Positions 37,301 through 49,324 of a stretch of DNA of 64,000 nucleotides are shown here, piece by piece. The stretch's first letter is position 1. The number at the start of each line of letters is the position of its first letter. The notes beneath the pieces are model-generated. The model searched no databases and had not been told where the DNA came from. It worked only from the letters and a program-made list of their open reading frames with translations. The stretch is from positions 32,001-96,000 of the IMG/VR virus record IMGVR_UViG_3300021963_000034; one strand, written 5' to 3'. Made by a program: the position numbers and the translations under genes. The DNA is from a virus.

Positions 37301-40179
37301 CATCTGTATCATTTGCTCTTCCATCCACAATTGGTCAAGTGGTCATTAATGAACCACAGAATAGCATTACTAAAGAAACTTTAGAAAAAAAATTAGTTGA
37401 TACTAGTGTTGGATTTGGTATTACAAATATTGTTTCTGTTTCTGCTGGCACTGCACATACCTTCTTTACCACAATTGATCATGGTTTAAATCAAGTTACT
37501 AAGGTCAATATTATAAATGGTGGTAGTGGATATGGTGTTGGTAGTGCAAATACTGAATACTATTATAATGCAAGATTAGTTGGTTATGCAGGTTCGACAA
37601 CCGGACAAAATGCTACTGCAAGAGTGACTGTTAGTGCTGCAGGAACTATTTCTAATGTTTTAATTATGGATGGTGGTAGTGCCTATGGGATAGGCAATAC
37701 TATGACGATTGTTGGTATTGCAACAACAACATCATTCTCTGAAGCAACTGTTCAGGTAAGTACTATTAATAGTAACATTGGAGATGTATTAAGTCTATCA
37801 GGTATTATTCTTGATGAATATGAACAATATAATAATCTCTACAAGATTACTGGAATTTCTAGTTCAAAAGAAGTTGTAGTATCATCAGCATCTACTGTTG
37901 GTTCATCTGCAATTTCTGGTATTGGAATAACTGCAGCATCCTTTGCAAATGTTACTCTAACTGGTAAATGTTTAGATGTTTCTTCTATCTCATACAATAG
38001 AATTACTGGTCTTGCGACTGTTACAACAGTTCAAGGTCATGGATTAAATATTAATAATGCAGTTAGGTTCGATGGTGCAGACAATAAGTTTTATAATGGC
38101 ATATTCTTAGTAAAAGAAGTTGTTGGTCTTTCTACTTTTATTACAAACTTTGGAATTAGCACAACAACTCAGTCAACATCTGGAACTATTTCTGTTTATC
38201 CACCTGGTTTTGTTGCTGCGGGTGGAAATGTAACAGCAGAAAATGAAAACCTTGGAGGAAGACTTTCTGCTCAATATGCAGGAATTACGACAACTATTTC
38301 TTCTGCGATTACTGATGAGAATGTAAGTACAATTAATATCTCTAATGTTGGAGATTATAATTTCCAAATAGGAGATTATCTTCAAATCGATGAAGAAATT
38401 CTAAGAATTAAGAGTACTGTCACATCCAATCCAGTTTCTGTTTTTAGAGGATTGTTAGGCACCCGCAAAACAACCCATGTCAATGGATCTGTTATCAGGA
38501 GAATCAAACCACAACCAATAGAACTTCGTAGAAATTCTTTAATTCGTGCATCTGCTCATACATTTGAGTATCTTGGTTTTGGTCCGGGTAACTATTCAAC
38601 TGCTTTCCCTGATAAGCAAGATAGATCTATTACTCCTCAGCAAGAACTATTAGCACAAGCAACTAAAAAAGATGGCGGTGTAGTTGTCTTTACTGGAATG
38701 AATGCTGATGGTAATTTTTACGTTGGTAATAAAAAAGTAAATTCAACAACTGGAGAAGAAGAAACCTTTGATACTCCTATTCCAACTGTTGTTGGCGAAG
38801 ATCCTGGAGTAGGTCTTAATTTTGGATTTAATGTTATCAATCCACTTGAAATTTCTGTAGATCGATCAATTCGTGTTAATGGTGGAGCAGATAATAATAT
38901 TATTTCTAAGTTTGATGGTCCAGTAGTCTTTAATAACAAGATCATATCTACATCAAATAAAGGAATTGAAGCAAATTCAATCTTCCTTCAAGGCAGTGAA
39001 ACGGTTTCTAGAAAATATACTGTTGGAATTTCTACACCAATTCTTGCCGGAAATCCAGGCGATGTTCAGTATAATGCAAATCCTGCAAGTGATGATTATG
39101 TTGGATGGGTATATACTAACAATAATCAATGGGAAAAATTTGGTTATATTGGAGCATTTGAAGATGCTAGAGTTGGAGTTTCTTCTGGCGGAAATTTTGT
39201 TGGAATTTCTACTTTAATTAACTTTGTTGCTGGTGTAGGTGCAACGGTTTCAACTGCTTATAGTTCTACTAGTGGAATTACTACAGTTACTTTCCAGGCA
39301 ACTCCTCTTCAAATTGGAGTTTCTACTGGTTTAGGTTTAAACAAAGTATTCTCTGGTATTGCCACAGAATTAAACTTTGTTGGTTATGGTGTATCAATTA
39401 CTGCTGTTCAAAACGCAGGAATTGCAAGTATAACTTTTGATGCTTCTGTAGGTGGATCCGGTTCTCCAGGAGCTCCATTAAATTCAATTCAGTATAATAA
39501 TAATGGATTTTTTGCAGGTAGTTCTAATTTAGTTTTTGATGGAACAAATTTAATTGTTGCAAACGCTATCGGTATTAATAATCCTCTTCCAATAGCAAAA
39601 CTTGATATTATTTCATCTACAACTGAAGCACTTCATATTAGATCAACGAGTGGTTCTGGAAACATTGTTACTGTTGATAATGTTAATACAGATACTACGC
39701 CATTCATTATTGATGTTAATGGTAATGTTGGTATTAATACTCTAACGGCAAATGCTGCCTTAGATGTTGCGGGTAATGTTGCAGTGGTTGGTTCTTTAAG
39801 ACTTTATGAAACTGATAGGACAAATTATGTTGGACTACAAGCACCAGTTTTAGGAACTAACTACACATTAACATTACCAACAACTGTTGGTGCTGCAAGC
39901 AGCATTCTTCGCACAACAGGATCGGGTGTTCTTGATTGGGTGTCTCCTTCTTCCATAGTTGCCGGTATAGTTACTAATACTGACAATCTTGCTGAGGGTT
40001 CTTCAAACCTATATTTCACGCAAGAAAGAGCGCAGGATTCAATTGCAGCAGCAATCAATGCAGGTATTCAAACTGGAATTAATGTAACTTATGATGATGC
40101 AAATAACAGAATTAATTTCAATAATACTGCATCAACTCCTTATCCATTCACAACTCGTGGATTTAGTATTCCTATCTGA
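34318..40179 (+). CDS. Very large virion structural protein (baseplate wedge/fibre)
   Basis: 1953 aa; late ATAAATA at 34281; PFKTIQRAL, GTSIVGLDLRKT; Gly/Ser/Thr-rich beta repeats. Confidence 0.8.
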   Translation: MGLSRLDNFLKSVRGTILYVDPNSIDSTDSIENQGNSLTRPFKTIQRALIEAARFSYQRGLDNDRFGKTTILLYPGDHIVDNRPGWIPFESNNYLLRSGATSNVFPPFDLTSNFDLTSQDNQLYKLNSIHGGVIIPRGTSIVGLDLRKTRIRPLYVPNPENNNIERSAIFRVTGSCYFWQFTFLDADPNGVCYKDYTTNTFVPNFSHHKLTAFEYADGVNSVNIADDFLIYSAERTDLDMYYEKVGLAYGQASGREVQPDFPVAGINIQSKVDEYRIVGSRGAEIGISSIRAGDGVTATTTITVDLQEVLPGLDVDTPIRIEGVGVDGYDGQFVISEVNSPTQILYKVQNPPLQALPSLTNATLNITIDTVTSASPYIFNCSLRSVYGMCGMLADGSKADGFKSMIVAQFTGVGLQKDNRAFVKYNSSSGTYEDFTAFGNENIQSDSRAVYKPSYENFHIKCQNDAYIQVVSVFAIGYAGQFVVDTGGDQSINNSNSNFGAKALVAKGFRNSAFSRDDVGYITHVIPPKFLETTEVNVEYDSIDVSKTVSVGNTSRLYLYNQNNQGVSPEGVIEGYRLGAKINDTLNVLINQGGSATEYSSKIVMPSSENTASEKKFIVGRSTVGINSIASNTITFTKYHTFENGETVRVISNTGQLPDGLEPNQTYYAITSGVGTDRIKLAKTLNDAISLNALTINSKGGVLNVISRVSDKKPGDYGHPIQYDTTNSQWYVNVSSASTENTIYPTIVGLGTTVLGSATPRTYIKRNPDTRSVIDTAYRLRYVIPADSTLSGRIPIEGYVIQESNSSIGSLNAEVGYQFHPTGATLSNSTQLRNPRIIANASWSSGTARIVTELPHDLQVGSTVEIVNIKSTNNTAGIANTAYNGTFSISGISSAKQFTVSIPNNPGTFTNDTSTRTTSLPYFRKKQFKNTYIVYKSQEIQKYIPGERDGIYHLIVVNASNSPSISPFENEKFLQPIQNLYPQTNRDNPNSDPKASVSFALPSTIGQVVINEPQNSITKETLEKKLVDTSVGFGITNIVSVSAGTAHTFFTTIDHGLNQVTKVNIINGGSGYGVGSANTEYYYNARLVGYAGSTTGQNATARVTVSAAGTISNVLIMDGGSAYGIGNTMTIVGIATTTSFSEATVQVSTINSNIGDVLSLSGIILDEYEQYNNLYKITGISSSKEVVVSSASTVGSSAISGIGITAASFANVTLTGKCLDVSSISYNRITGLATVTTVQGHGLNINNAVRFDGADNKFYNGIFLVKEVVGLSTFITNFGISTTTQSTSGTISVYPPGFVAAGGNVTAENENLGGRLSAQYAGITTTISSAITDENVSTINISNVGDYNFQIGDYLQIDEEILRIKSTVTSNPVSVFRGLLGTRKTTHVNGSVIRRIKPQPIELRRNSLIRASAHTFEYLGFGPGNYSTAFPDKQDRSITPQQELLAQATKKDGGVVVFTGMNADGNFYVGNKKVNSTTGEEETFDTPIPTVVGEDPGVGLNFGFNVINPLEISVDRSIRVNGGADNNIISKFDGPVVFNNKIISTSNKGIEANSIFLQGSETVSRKYTVGISTPILAGNPGDVQYNANPASDDYVGWVYTNNNQWEKFGYIGAFEDARVGVSSGGNFVGISTLINFVAGVGATVSTAYSSTSGITTVTFQATPLQIGVSTGLGLNKVFSGIATELNFVGYGVSITAVQNAGIASITFDASVGGSGSPGAPLNSIQYNNNGFFAGSSNLVFDGTNLIVANAIGINNPLPIAKLDIISSTTEALHIRSTSGSGNIVTVDNVNTDTTPFIIDVNGNVGINTLTANAALDVAGNVAVVGSLRLYETDRTNYVGLQAPVLGTNYTLTLPTTVGAASSILRTTGSGVLDWVSPSSIVAGIVTNTDNLAEGSSNLYFTQERAQDSIAAAINAGIQTGINVTYDDANNRINFNNTASTPYPFTTRGFSIPI

Positions 40180-40509
40180 TTATCCTGCTTCCGGAATAAC
40201 TACTATATTATAAGCAGTAACATTTGTAGCGGAGAACGTTTGCCCTGCCGATATCATAATTTCTGTCGGCAGTGCTGCAGATGTGCCTGTTGTGGCAGAC
40301 GTTGTTGCATTATTTCCGTTAGTGGATGATGCACTTACATAAGCAATATTTCTTCCAATTGCAGTTATGCCAAGCGCACTTACAATAACTGACGCCCAAC
40401 TCATAGAGATATTAGTACCACTCATGTAGTTAATAATAACTCTTACGTTTTGTCCTGTGTTATTCGTATAACTTACATTACTTGAACCGCTTAATACTTG
40501 CGCTGCCAT
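40180..40509 (-). CDS. Small structural/fibre-associated protein
   Basis: MAAQVLSGSSNVSYTNNTGQNVRVIINY; minus-strand TAAATA at about 40532. Confidence 0.7.
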   Translation of the reverse strand: MAAQVLSGSSNVSYTNNTGQNVRVIINYMSGTNISMSWASVIVSALGITAIGRNIAYVSASSTNGNNATTSATTGTSAALPTEIMISAGQTFSATNVTAYNIVVIPEAG

Positions 40510-40578
40510 ATTCCCAAAAAATACTTTTAGTTATTTAGTTTTTATAAATAACTAGAAATAACAAGGGGAGAGTGAACC

Positions 40579-43500
40579 TTGGCTATAAATAAGAATTTTG
40601 TAGTAAAGCACGGGTTAGAAGTAAATACTAATCTTATTCTCGCTAAAGCAGAGACTGGTAGAATTGGTATTGGAACCACAAATCCGTCTTCAAGGTTTAA
40701 CGTATATAATACATCCGAGTCTAAAGTAGTAGTTGAAAGTTTAGAGCAAGAAGCTTCGATTGTAATTGATTCTGGAATTACTTCAACCTCTTATATTGAG
40801 TTCAAGCAAGATGGAACTCTAAAGAGTAATATAACATTCGATTCTGCAAATTCTGATTCTTTAGAAATAAATTCTAGAACAAATAAAAATGTCGTAATCG
40901 CAAGTGGTGGAGGTGAGGTCGGTATTGGGACCACTAATCCATCAGCATTATTTCAAGTAGGTCCTGGACCCTCTTCAGTTGTAATTACGAATTCGAGCGG
41001 TATTGGTTCTGTTGGTATTGGTACAGTAACACCAACGTCTAACTTGCATGTAGTTGGAACTACTTTATTAATTGGCGATACAATCCAAACTTCAGGATCT
41101 GTTGGAATTTCAACTAGAAATCCAATTCAGAGATTTCAAATTGGAACCAGAAATGACTTTGTTCCTGCAGTTTCTGTTGCAGGTTCTATCGGTATTTCGA
41201 CTGATATTATCACTGGTATTGATACCTCAGGTATATTTGTTGGATATGAACTTGTAGGAATAACCACGATCGTTTCTGTTGGAACGACAGTAACTTCTAT
41301 AGGTTCTGGAACTGTAGGTATTGGAACCACAACTTTAAATACTACATCTTCTTTAAGTGGTGTATCATTTACATTTGGATTTAGAGACGACAGTAAAGTA
41401 TTCGTAGTCACTTCTGATGCTAAGACTGGTATTGGGACCACAAATCCAACATCAAAACTTCATGTTGTAGGAGATACTTTAGTAACTGGAGTATCTACAT
41501 TTGTAGGATTTTCAACCTTTAATAATGATGTATATGTCGCAGGATTATCAACTTTTGCAAGCAATGTACATCTTCTTGATAATAAAAAGTTATATCTTGG
41601 TGATGGTAATGATTTAGAAATTTATCATAGTGGAACTGATAGTTATATTAAAGATGCTGGAACTGGAAATTTAATTATTAATTCAAATAATGTTCAAATT
41701 AAAAATGCTGCTGACAATGAAACTCTTGCCTCCTTCATTGAGAATGGTCAAGTAGAACTTTATTATGATAATTCTAAGAAGTTTGAAACAATTGGTACTG
41801 GTATAACAATAACTGGAGACACTTTTACAAATCAACTAAGTGTTTCTGGGGTATCTACATTTGTTAATGGAACAGTATTCATTGGATCTGGTACTACCAC
41901 TGGCACCGAATTACAAACGCTTCAAGTAACAGGTGGTGTATATGTTTCTGAAAATATCGGTATTGGAACAACCAGGCCAACATCAAAACTTCAGGTCGTA
42001 GGTACTTCTTTAGTAACTGGTATTGCAACTTTCAAAGATAGAGTTATTTTTGATAGTAAAAATTCAATACAAATTCCTGCAGGAACAACTGCAGAAAGAG
42101 ATTCTGTAGGAACTGCAGTAACTGGTCAAATTAGATACAATACTGAATACTCAACTTTTGAAGGATTTGGACCTGGTGGATCTTGGGGATCCTTGGGTGG
42201 TGTAAGAGACGTTGACGGAAACACTTACATTGTCCCAGAAACAGCACCTGGAGCAAACGAAAATACCTTATTCTTTGTTACTGACGGTACTGAAAAAGTT
42301 CAGATAAATCCAGTTGGTAATGTTGGTATTGCTACAACAAATCCAACATCAAAACTTCATGTCGTTGGCAATACCTTAATAACTGGAGTATCTACATTCA
42401 ATGATAACGTTGTAATTGCAGGAGAACTAAGAGGACCTGCAAACTTTATTATTGATCCAGCAGCAGTTGGTGATAACACAGGTGCTGTAAGAATTAGAGG
42501 TGATTTATATGTAGATGGTACTCAATTCCAAGTTAATTCTTCCACGATTGAATTAGCTGATCTAAGAGTTGGTATTGCCACAACAGTAGGAACTAATTTA
42601 TTACTGGATGGTGGTGGTATTGGTATTGGTTCTACTAATATTCTAAAATCATTTACTTACAATTATTCAAGTGATGCTTTAAAATCAAGTGAGAATTTAG
42701 ATTTAGCATCTGGAAAAGTATACAAAATTGATGGTACTGAATTACTATCATCTAATCAAGTAACTGTTCCAAATGCAAATATTTCGGGAGTTTCTACTCT
42801 TTCGAATACTGTAGTTGGTGGTGCCACAACTCAGTTAGTTGTAAATGGTGATACTAGAATTACTGGTATCTTAACAATAGGATCATCGAGTGTCACATTA
42901 AATGGTACAACTAATGCAATTAATGTTGGAACAGGTCTTACTTTGACTAGCAATGGTATCAACGCTACAGGCATTGTAACTGCATCTACTTTCTACGGTA
43001 CTGGTGGATTTTTAACTCTAGGTGCTCCCGATGATGGTGCATTGACTAGTTCGGGAGCACTCAATACTCTTTCAAGTAGTTCAAAAATAGTTAATAGTAT
43101 TGATGATTTGAATGAGCTAGCATTTAATATTATCAGAAACACTGCTGTAACCAATGTCGATTTTTCATCAAATAGTGTTGCCGGAGGATCTCCTCTTTCT
43201 ATTACACTTTCAGTTACCAGTTCTGGAAATGCTAACCGTTATGATGTTGATTGGGGAGATGGAACAACAACATCTGACTATAGTTCGGCATCTATTCCTC
43301 ACACATATACTCAACCAGCAGGTGGGCAGTTCTCAATATCACTGGTTGCCAAGAATAATACTGGAGTAGGTGCAGGTAGTAGTTATTCTACGTCTAAGAG
43401 TAGTTATATTACAGTATATACTCCAAACCCAACAGTTTCCTTTGATCTATACAGAACATCTACTGGAGGTTCTGTACTTTCAGGAAATGATCTATATGTA

Positions 43501-45432
43501 ATTGAAGGTCAATCTTTATACTTAGATAATAACACTTCAAATACAAATGGAGCAACCGTTAATTATACAATGAACTGGGGTGATGGATCAACGAATGATT
43601 CTATTGCAAATAATACTGCTGCTGGCGGCGCAGATGTTTCTGCTTCAAGACTACAACATACTTGGTCGGATGGAACAAATAGTTCTACAAGTAGAGATAC
43701 ACTTACTTTAACCTTAAATGCACATAATACTGCAGACCCTGCTGTTATTCCTGCTAACGGAACTGCATTATTAAAAGTTTATGATGATGCTCCCACTGCA
43801 CCTGATGGATTAAGTAGTAAAACATTATCAAATGTTACCAGCACTGGAACAAGTCCAAGACTTGTTTCTGGATTTACTGATAATACTGGAGGTACTACAT
43901 TATCTGCTGGCAATGATGTCAATCGTATAACTGGAGGAACTGCCGAAGCTACAGCAACTGCTTCATTTGCTTATAATGCAAACAGTGGAACTCTTACAGC
44001 ACAGGTGAACGGGTCCTCTGATGGTTCTAGAGTATTGACTAGTGGAGATGATTCTGGAACTTATACAAGTCTAGTAATCACTGAAGAAAGTGATTATCAG
44101 TTATTGAATTCTTCTGGTTCAACTACTACCTTTGCAGCAAGTATCTATTATCCTGGACTGTATAAAGGATTTAAGGCAAAAGTTTCAAAAGCAGTTTCTG
44201 CACTAAATGTTGGTGTGAATAGTATGAGACTGCTTCATAGTGTTACTGGTAACACAAACGCAGTGCAGTTTGTTAAGGATGATGTAACTTCTACACCTGT
44301 TGTAAGTATTTCAACTGCAACACTTACAGAAAACGTTGCTGGTACTTATCGCTATGTTTCTGGTATTCCTTATTACAACAGTGGTTCTCCATCTCTTACT
44401 TTATCTGGACTGACTGTTACAAACCTTACAGGACAAACATATACTAACCAATCCGATATTGTTGAAGTTGATACTGGTACAAACCAAGAGGGAACTTCCA
44501 GTGCAGCTACAACAGATAGTGATTATACATATTCTCAAATTAACGGTCCTTCAAGTATGTTAAGTGGTGGGATACCCATTGCTAACGTTGGTGTTTCTTC
44601 TCCTTACGCTACCGGAAGTCTGACTGTTCCAATCACATCCTCAAGTGTAAGAACTGTCGATCGAGTAAGAGTACGTGCTAAGAATGTAAATGGAACTAGT
44701 AGCTATACAAGTGATATTTCTACTAATATTCAAGTTCATACTGCAGCGCAGAGTGGAATTAGTGAAATTTCAATAGCAGTTCCTTCTGGACTTGGTGATG
44801 GAACTTATACTGATAATGGAAAGAGAATTTATGATTTTGGCCCTGGAGTTACTACAACAACTCCTTCTTATAATGGAGCAACTAATTTCTATACTAACAA
44901 TCCATATTCTGAATCATCTTCTCCAGCAGGAATTACTACAACAGCAGAAGCAGTTGTTAGATTGGGTGCTATCACTCACAATCAAGTGAATTATTCTGCT
45001 GGATATCTTCCAGTCGGTCCAGATTTTTCATCTGGAAGAAGTGGAACTCAGTATTTTACTTTTGCATTTAGAAGAAGAGTTGTTGCTAACTTTGATATTA
45101 ACATTACAAGTTCAACTGGTGTTGCTGGTGTTTGGATTGCTGCTCCAGGAACAAGCATAGATACTACAAGTGGATTAAATGGTTGGTTAAGAGCAGATAC
45201 TGCTTATGGAGGTTCTGGAGTTCCTGGTAGTGGGCCGGGTGGAAATGGTTCTGATGGATGTGCTTTCACTAATGGAGATAGAATTCTTACATCAACATCT
45301 TTAAGTGGTGGTTATACTATGACATTAGGTAGCGAAAACATGAGTAATGCTACTGGTAATGTTGTTCTTATAAGAATTGCTTTGAACTCAGGGCAATCCG
45401 TAACAAGTCTTAGTATAGGAGTTGCAGCGTAA
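40579..45432 (+). CDS. Long tail fibre with GIGTTNP repeats and PKD-like domains
   Basis: TTG start with GGGGAG RBS; NKNFVVKHGLEV; GIGTTNP repeats; DWGDGT and NWGDGS motifs. Confidence 0.85.
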   Translation: MAINKNFVVKHGLEVNTNLILAKAETGRIGIGTTNPSSRFNVYNTSESKVVVESLEQEASIVIDSGITSTSYIEFKQDGTLKSNITFDSANSDSLEINSRTNKNVVIASGGGEVGIGTTNPSALFQVGPGPSSVVITNSSGIGSVGIGTVTPTSNLHVVGTTLLIGDTIQTSGSVGISTRNPIQRFQIGTRNDFVPAVSVAGSIGISTDIITGIDTSGIFVGYELVGITTIVSVGTTVTSIGSGTVGIGTTTLNTTSSLSGVSFTFGFRDDSKVFVVTSDAKTGIGTTNPTSKLHVVGDTLVTGVSTFVGFSTFNNDVYVAGLSTFASNVHLLDNKKLYLGDGNDLEIYHSGTDSYIKDAGTGNLIINSNNVQIKNAADNETLASFIENGQVELYYDNSKKFETIGTGITITGDTFTNQLSVSGVSTFVNGTVFIGSGTTTGTELQTLQVTGGVYVSENIGIGTTRPTSKLQVVGTSLVTGIATFKDRVIFDSKNSIQIPAGTTAERDSVGTAVTGQIRYNTEYSTFEGFGPGGSWGSLGGVRDVDGNTYIVPETAPGANENTLFFVTDGTEKVQINPVGNVGIATTNPTSKLHVVGNTLITGVSTFNDNVVIAGELRGPANFIIDPAAVGDNTGAVRIRGDLYVDGTQFQVNSSTIELADLRVGIATTVGTNLLLDGGGIGIGSTNILKSFTYNYSSDALKSSENLDLASGKVYKIDGTELLSSNQVTVPNANISGVSTLSNTVVGGATTQLVVNGDTRITGILTIGSSSVTLNGTTNAINVGTGLTLTSNGINATGIVTASTFYGTGGFLTLGAPDDGALTSSGALNTLSSSSKIVNSIDDLNELAFNIIRNTAVTNVDFSSNSVAGGSPLSITLSVTSSGNANRYDVDWGDGTTTSDYSSASIPHTYTQPAGGQFSISLVAKNNTGVGAGSSYSTSKSSYITVYTPNPTVSFDLYRTSTGGSVLSGNDLYVIEGQSLYLDNNTSNTNGATVNYTMNWGDGSTNDSIANNTAAGGADVSASRLQHTWSDGTNSSTSRDTLTLTLNAHNTADPAVIPANGTALLKVYDDAPTAPDGLSSKTLSNVTSTGTSPRLVSGFTDNTGGTTLSAGNDVNRITGGTAEATATASFAYNANSGTLTAQVNGSSDGSRVLTSGDDSGTYTSLVITEESDYQLLNSSGSTTTFAASIYYPGLYKGFKAKVSKAVSALNVGVNSMRLLHSVTGNTNAVQFVKDDVTSTPVVSISTATLTENVAGTYRYVSGIPYYNSGSPSLTLSGLTVTNLTGQTYTNQSDIVEVDTGTNQEGTSSAATTDSDYTYSQINGPSSMLSGGIPIANVGVSSPYATGSLTVPITSSSVRTVDRVRVRAKNVNGTSSYTSDISTNIQVHTAAQSGISEISIAVPSGLGDGTYTDNGKRIYDFGPGVTTTTPSYNGATNFYTNNPYSESSSPAGITTTAEAVVRLGAITHNQVNYSAGYLPVGPDFSSGRSGTQYFTFAFRRRVVANFDINITSSTGVAGVWIAAPGTSIDTTSGLNGWLRADTAYGGSGVPGSGPGGNGSDGCAFTNGDRILTSTSLSGGYTMTLGSENMSNATGNVVLIRIALNSGQSVTSLSIGVAA
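42974..45410 (+). repeat. ~2.4 kb diverged direct repeat, second copy about 61559-64000
   Basis: Collinear shared blocks such as TATGATGTTGATTGGGGAGATGGAAC, GATGATTCTGGAACTTATACAAGTCT, AATATTCAAGTTCA. Confidence 0.9.
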
Positions 45433-45433
45433 A

Positions 45434-48106
45434 ATGGCTATTTCAAACGATCAGAAGATAGACTATCTCTGGAAAAAAATTGGTTATGGTAGAGCGAAGA
45501 CTGATACTGCAGCGATTAAGGATGCAGTAAACGAATCAATCTCAAGTGCTTTATTGTTGAGAGGTGATAACGTCTGGGCTCAATCAAATTTAATACCAAC
45601 GACTATTCCCGGTAGCAGTACATCAGTAGTTACTTTATATCCAACATCACTACCCGTCGAATGTACTGCAGATACTACTTCTTCCACAAATAGAACTTGG
45701 AAAACAAACATTACCGATTGGATTCCGCCAGAAATTGGTTCTACTTATCTTGTGAAGGTATACGTTCATACATCAGGCAATGCTGCAACTGCTGCTGCAT
45801 CTGGAACTCAATTAGTCGCTGCGGGTTCTGGTAATAATGATGAGTGGTTCTTCGACTATCAATCAGGAACTTTAAACTTTATTGGAACAAACCTTCCAAG
45901 TGGAGTTAATTTTACTGGCAAGAGTGTTTATATTAGTGGTGCAGTTTATAGTGGAATTAAAGGAGTTCCTGCTGTAGGTTCTGCAAATACCTTTACAAAT
46001 TTAGACTTAACCGGAAACTTAAATGTATCTGGAGTTTCCACATTTGCAGGTGGTATTCGAGGTATTGGCATTCAGTCCGGAAGTGTCAATATAGCAACAG
46101 GGATTATTACTGCGTTAAATTTTGTTGGTTCTGGTAATTCCATTTCATATAATGCAGGAACTAAAGTTGTTGATATTAGTATTGGTGGAGGAAATTGGGA
46201 GTATGAAAATCCAACAAATACCTATCAAAGTGATATTTACCGCTTGAATGGAAATGTTGGCATAGGAACCATAGACCCAACATCAAAACTTGATGTTCGC
46301 GGAAATGTCAATGTTTCTGGAATTGTTACCGCTACTGTTTTTGTTGGTGATGGTTCTGGACTGACTGGCATTACTGCATCTGGATCAGGTATTGTTATTA
46401 AAGATTCTGGATCTCTTGTAGGCACTGCAGGCACAATAGATTTTGGCGATAATTTAACAGTTTCTACAATATCTGCTGGAGTAGTTACTGTCACTTCTTC
46501 TGGCGGTGGAGGATCTTCCCAATGGGAGACAACTGCAGCAGGTATTCATACATTATCTAACGTCGGCATAGGAACCACAAATCCAACAGCAAAACTTCAG
46601 GTTAATGGAAATATAAATTTAAATTATGGAAGCTCAACTACAGCGTCATCTATAACTTGGTCCACCAGTGGCACTGCAAATGTTCTTTTAAAAACTTTTG
46701 GAACATCTAACTCTAATACTTCTATGGTATGGAATAGTGGAAATCTTATTTCCAATCCAACATCTACAAATAGTGTATATATTGGTGCATGGGCATCACC
46801 TAATGCATCAGGAACAAGTAATGTTAGCATTGGATCAGGTTGTGGATACTTACTATCAACTGGGGCTAGCAATGTATTTGTTGGTCAGGGTGCAGCATAT
46901 TTTACAACTGGTTCTAATAATACATTTCTCGGTAGTCAATCTGGAGGTGTAGTTACTAGTGGAAGTAATAATACAATATTAGGTGGGTTTAATGGTAATT
47001 CAGGTGGTTTAGATATAAGAACATCTAATAATAATGTTGTAATTGCTGATGGTAGTGGTAATATAAGATTATATGCAAACTCAACTGGAAATATTGGTAT
47101 AGGAACCACAAATCCAACATCAACCTTTACTGTTGTAGGAAACGCTTTAATATCTGGAGTAACAACTTCCGGTGGATATAACGCAACCACAGGAAATGAT
47201 TATAAAATCAATGAAACTTCAGTTCTTAATGCAACAACTCTAGGTTCTGGAGTTGTTAACTCTTCTCTAACTTCTGTTGGAACTCTAACTTCTCTAAATG
47301 TATCTGGAACAACAACAGCAAATTCTTTTGTAAAGACTGGTGGAACTTCAAATCAATTCTTAAAGGCAGATGGTTCAATTGATACTAATACTTATCTAAC
47401 TTCAGCACTACAAAATGTTGTTGAAGATACTACACCACAACTTGGTGGAAATTTAGACCTTAATAGTAAAAATATTACCGGTACTGGTGATGTTAATATT
47501 ACTGGTGTCGTTACTGCTACTTCATTCTCTGGTTCTGGTGCAAATTTAACTTCTCTAGATGCTTCTAATATTTCTTCGGGAATAGTATCAACTGCTAGAC
47601 TGGCATCAGGAACCGCAGATTCAACGACATATTTAAGAGGAGACCAAACTTGGGCAAGTATTAGTGGCGGTGGTGCAACTCTAAGTAATGACACCACAAC
47701 AGACGCATCTTATTATCCAACATTTTCCAGTGCAACTTCCGGAACATATTCAACTGCTTATGTGTCTGATACGAAATGTACTTTCAATCCATCAACAGGC
47801 ACATTATCAGCGACTCAATTTACATCACTATCGGATAAAACTCAAAAGACCAATATTAGACTCATAGATAATTCAATTGAACTTGTGAAACAACTTGAAG
47901 GAGTTCGTTATGATTGGATAAATAATCAAAAACCTTCAATTGGTGTGATTGCACAAGATATTGAAAAAGTACTTCCAGAAGTAGTTGAAACAAATAGTAA
48001 TGGTTTGAAATCAGTCTCTTATGGAAATATAGTTGGTGTATTAATTGAAGCAATTAAAGAACAACAAATTCGCATTGAAGAGTTGGAGAAAAAGTTAAAT
48101 GCCTAA
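45434..48106 (+). CDS. Tail fibre with C-terminal intramolecular chaperone (peptidase S74)
   Basis: GIGTTNP repeats; [40 protein letters not shown]. Confidence 0.9.
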   Translation: MAISNDQKIDYLWKKIGYGRAKTDTAAIKDAVNESISSALLLRGDNVWAQSNLIPTTIPGSSTSVVTLYPTSLPVECTADTTSSTNRTWKTNITDWIPPEIGSTYLVKVYVHTSGNAATAAASGTQLVAAGSGNNDEWFFDYQSGTLNFIGTNLPSGVNFTGKSVYISGAVYSGIKGVPAVGSANTFTNLDLTGNLNVSGVSTFAGGIRGIGIQSGSVNIATGIITALNFVGSGNSISYNAGTKVVDISIGGGNWEYENPTNTYQSDIYRLNGNVGIGTIDPTSKLDVRGNVNVSGIVTATVFVGDGSGLTGITASGSGIVIKDSGSLVGTAGTIDFGDNLTVSTISAGVVTVTSSGGGGSSQWETTAAGIHTLSNVGIGTTNPTAKLQVNGNINLNYGSSTTASSITWSTSGTANVLLKTFGTSNSNTSMVWNSGNLISNPTSTNSVYIGAWASPNASGTSNVSIGSGCGYLLSTGASNVFVGQGAAYFTTGSNNTFLGSQSGGVVTSGSNNTILGGFNGNSGGLDIRTSNNNVVIADGSGNIRLYANSTGNIGIGTTNPTSTFTVVGNALISGVTTSGGYNATTGNDYKINETSVLNATTLGSGVVNSSLTSVGTLTSLNVSGTTTANSFVKTGGTSNQFLKADGSIDTNTYLTSALQNVVEDTTPQLGGNLDLNSKNITGTGDVNITGVVTATSFSGSGANLTSLDASNISSGIVSTARLASGTADSTTYLRGDQTWASISGGGATLSNDTTTDASYYPTFSSATSGTYSTAYVSDTKCTFNPSTGTLSATQFTSLSDKTQKTNIRLIDNSIELVKQLEGVRYDWINNQKPSIGVIAQDIEKVLPEVVETNSNGLKSVSYGNIVGVLIEAIKEQQIRIEELEKKLNA

Positions 48107-49307
48107 TCAATTTAATTCGCCAGAAGGAGATTTAGAGAATTATTTTGTGAGTGAATATTGGTTAATTGACCAGTGGGTTGGTGATACCTTATGGAATTGG
48201 GGTCGTAATACTCAAGGACAAATAGGAGACAATACAGCAACCCAAAGAAACACTCCAGTCACAACACTTGCTGGTGGCGCAAATTGGAAACAAGTTAGTA
48301 CTGGAAGTAATGGTAGTCATACAGTAGCAATAAAAACGGATGGAACTCTATGGAATTGGGGTAATAATTTTAGTGGAGGACTGGGAGTCAATTCACCATC
48401 CAATAGATCCACTCCAGTCACAACATTCGCAGGAGGAACCAACTGGAAACAAGTTGCTAGTGGAGGAGGCCATACAGTAGCAATCAAAACTGATGGAACC
48501 CTATGGACTTGGGGTTCTAATTCTTCTGGACAATTAGGAACCAATGGACCAACAGGTTTGGGAGTAGCAAAAAGCACTCCAGTCACCACATTCGCAGGAG
48601 GAACTAACTGGAAACAAGTAAGTGCAGGAAATCTACATACATTAGCAATCAAAACTGATGGAACCTTATGGACTTGGGGTGATAATTATTATGGACAACT
48701 AGGAGACAATACAACAACCAATAGATGCACTCCAGTCACCACATTCGCAGGAGGAACCAATTGGAAACAAGTTGCTGGTGGAAGAGATCATACAGCAGCA
48801 ATCAAAACCGATGGAACCTTATGGACTTGTGGTCGTAATGCTTATGGAGGTTTAGGAGACAATACAACAACCAATAGATCCACTCCAGTCACCACATTCG
48901 CAGGAGGAACCAATTGGAAACAAGTTGCTGGTGGAGGTTCTTATACAGCAGCAATCAAAACTGATGGAACCTTATGGACTTGGGGTCTTACTTCTGCTGG
49001 TCAACTAGGAATCAATAGATCAGGTTTTGGAATAGCAATAACCACTCCAGTCACAACATTCGCTGGAGGAACCAACTGGAAACAAGTTGCTGGTGGAAAC
49101 GGTCATATAGCAGCAATCAAGACTGATGGAACCTTATGGACTTGGGGAAGTAATTTTGCTGGACAACTAGGAAACAATACAACAACCACTAGTTCCACTC
49201 CAGTTACAACATTCGCAGGAGGAACCAACTGGAAACAAGTTTCTGGTGGATATGGACATACAGTAGCAGTCACATCAGGAACAGATCCTACCTTCTTTAT
49301 TTCATAA
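48099..49307 (+). CDS. RCC1-repeat 7-bladed beta-propeller #1
   Basis: Seven [31 protein letters not shown] repeats. Confidence 0.92.
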   Translation: MPNQFNSPEGDLENYFVSEYWLIDQWVGDTLWNWGRNTQGQIGDNTATQRNTPVTTLAGGANWKQVSTGSNGSHTVAIKTDGTLWNWGNNFSGGLGVNSPSNRSTPVTTFAGGTNWKQVASGGGHTVAIKTDGTLWTWGSNSSGQLGTNGPTGLGVAKSTPVTTFAGGTNWKQVSAGNLHTLAIKTDGTLWTWGDNYYGQLGDNTTTNRCTPVTTFAGGTNWKQVAGGRDHTAAIKTDGTLWTCGRNAYGGLGDNTTTNRSTPVTTFAGGTNWKQVAGGGSYTAAIKTDGTLWTWGLTSAGQLGINRSGFGIAITTPVTTFAGGTNWKQVAGGNGHIAAIKTDGTLWTWGSNFAGQLGNNTTTTSSTPVTTFAGGTNWKQVSGGYGHTVAVTSGTDPTFFIS

Positions 49308-49324
49308 ATATTTAAAAAAGACAT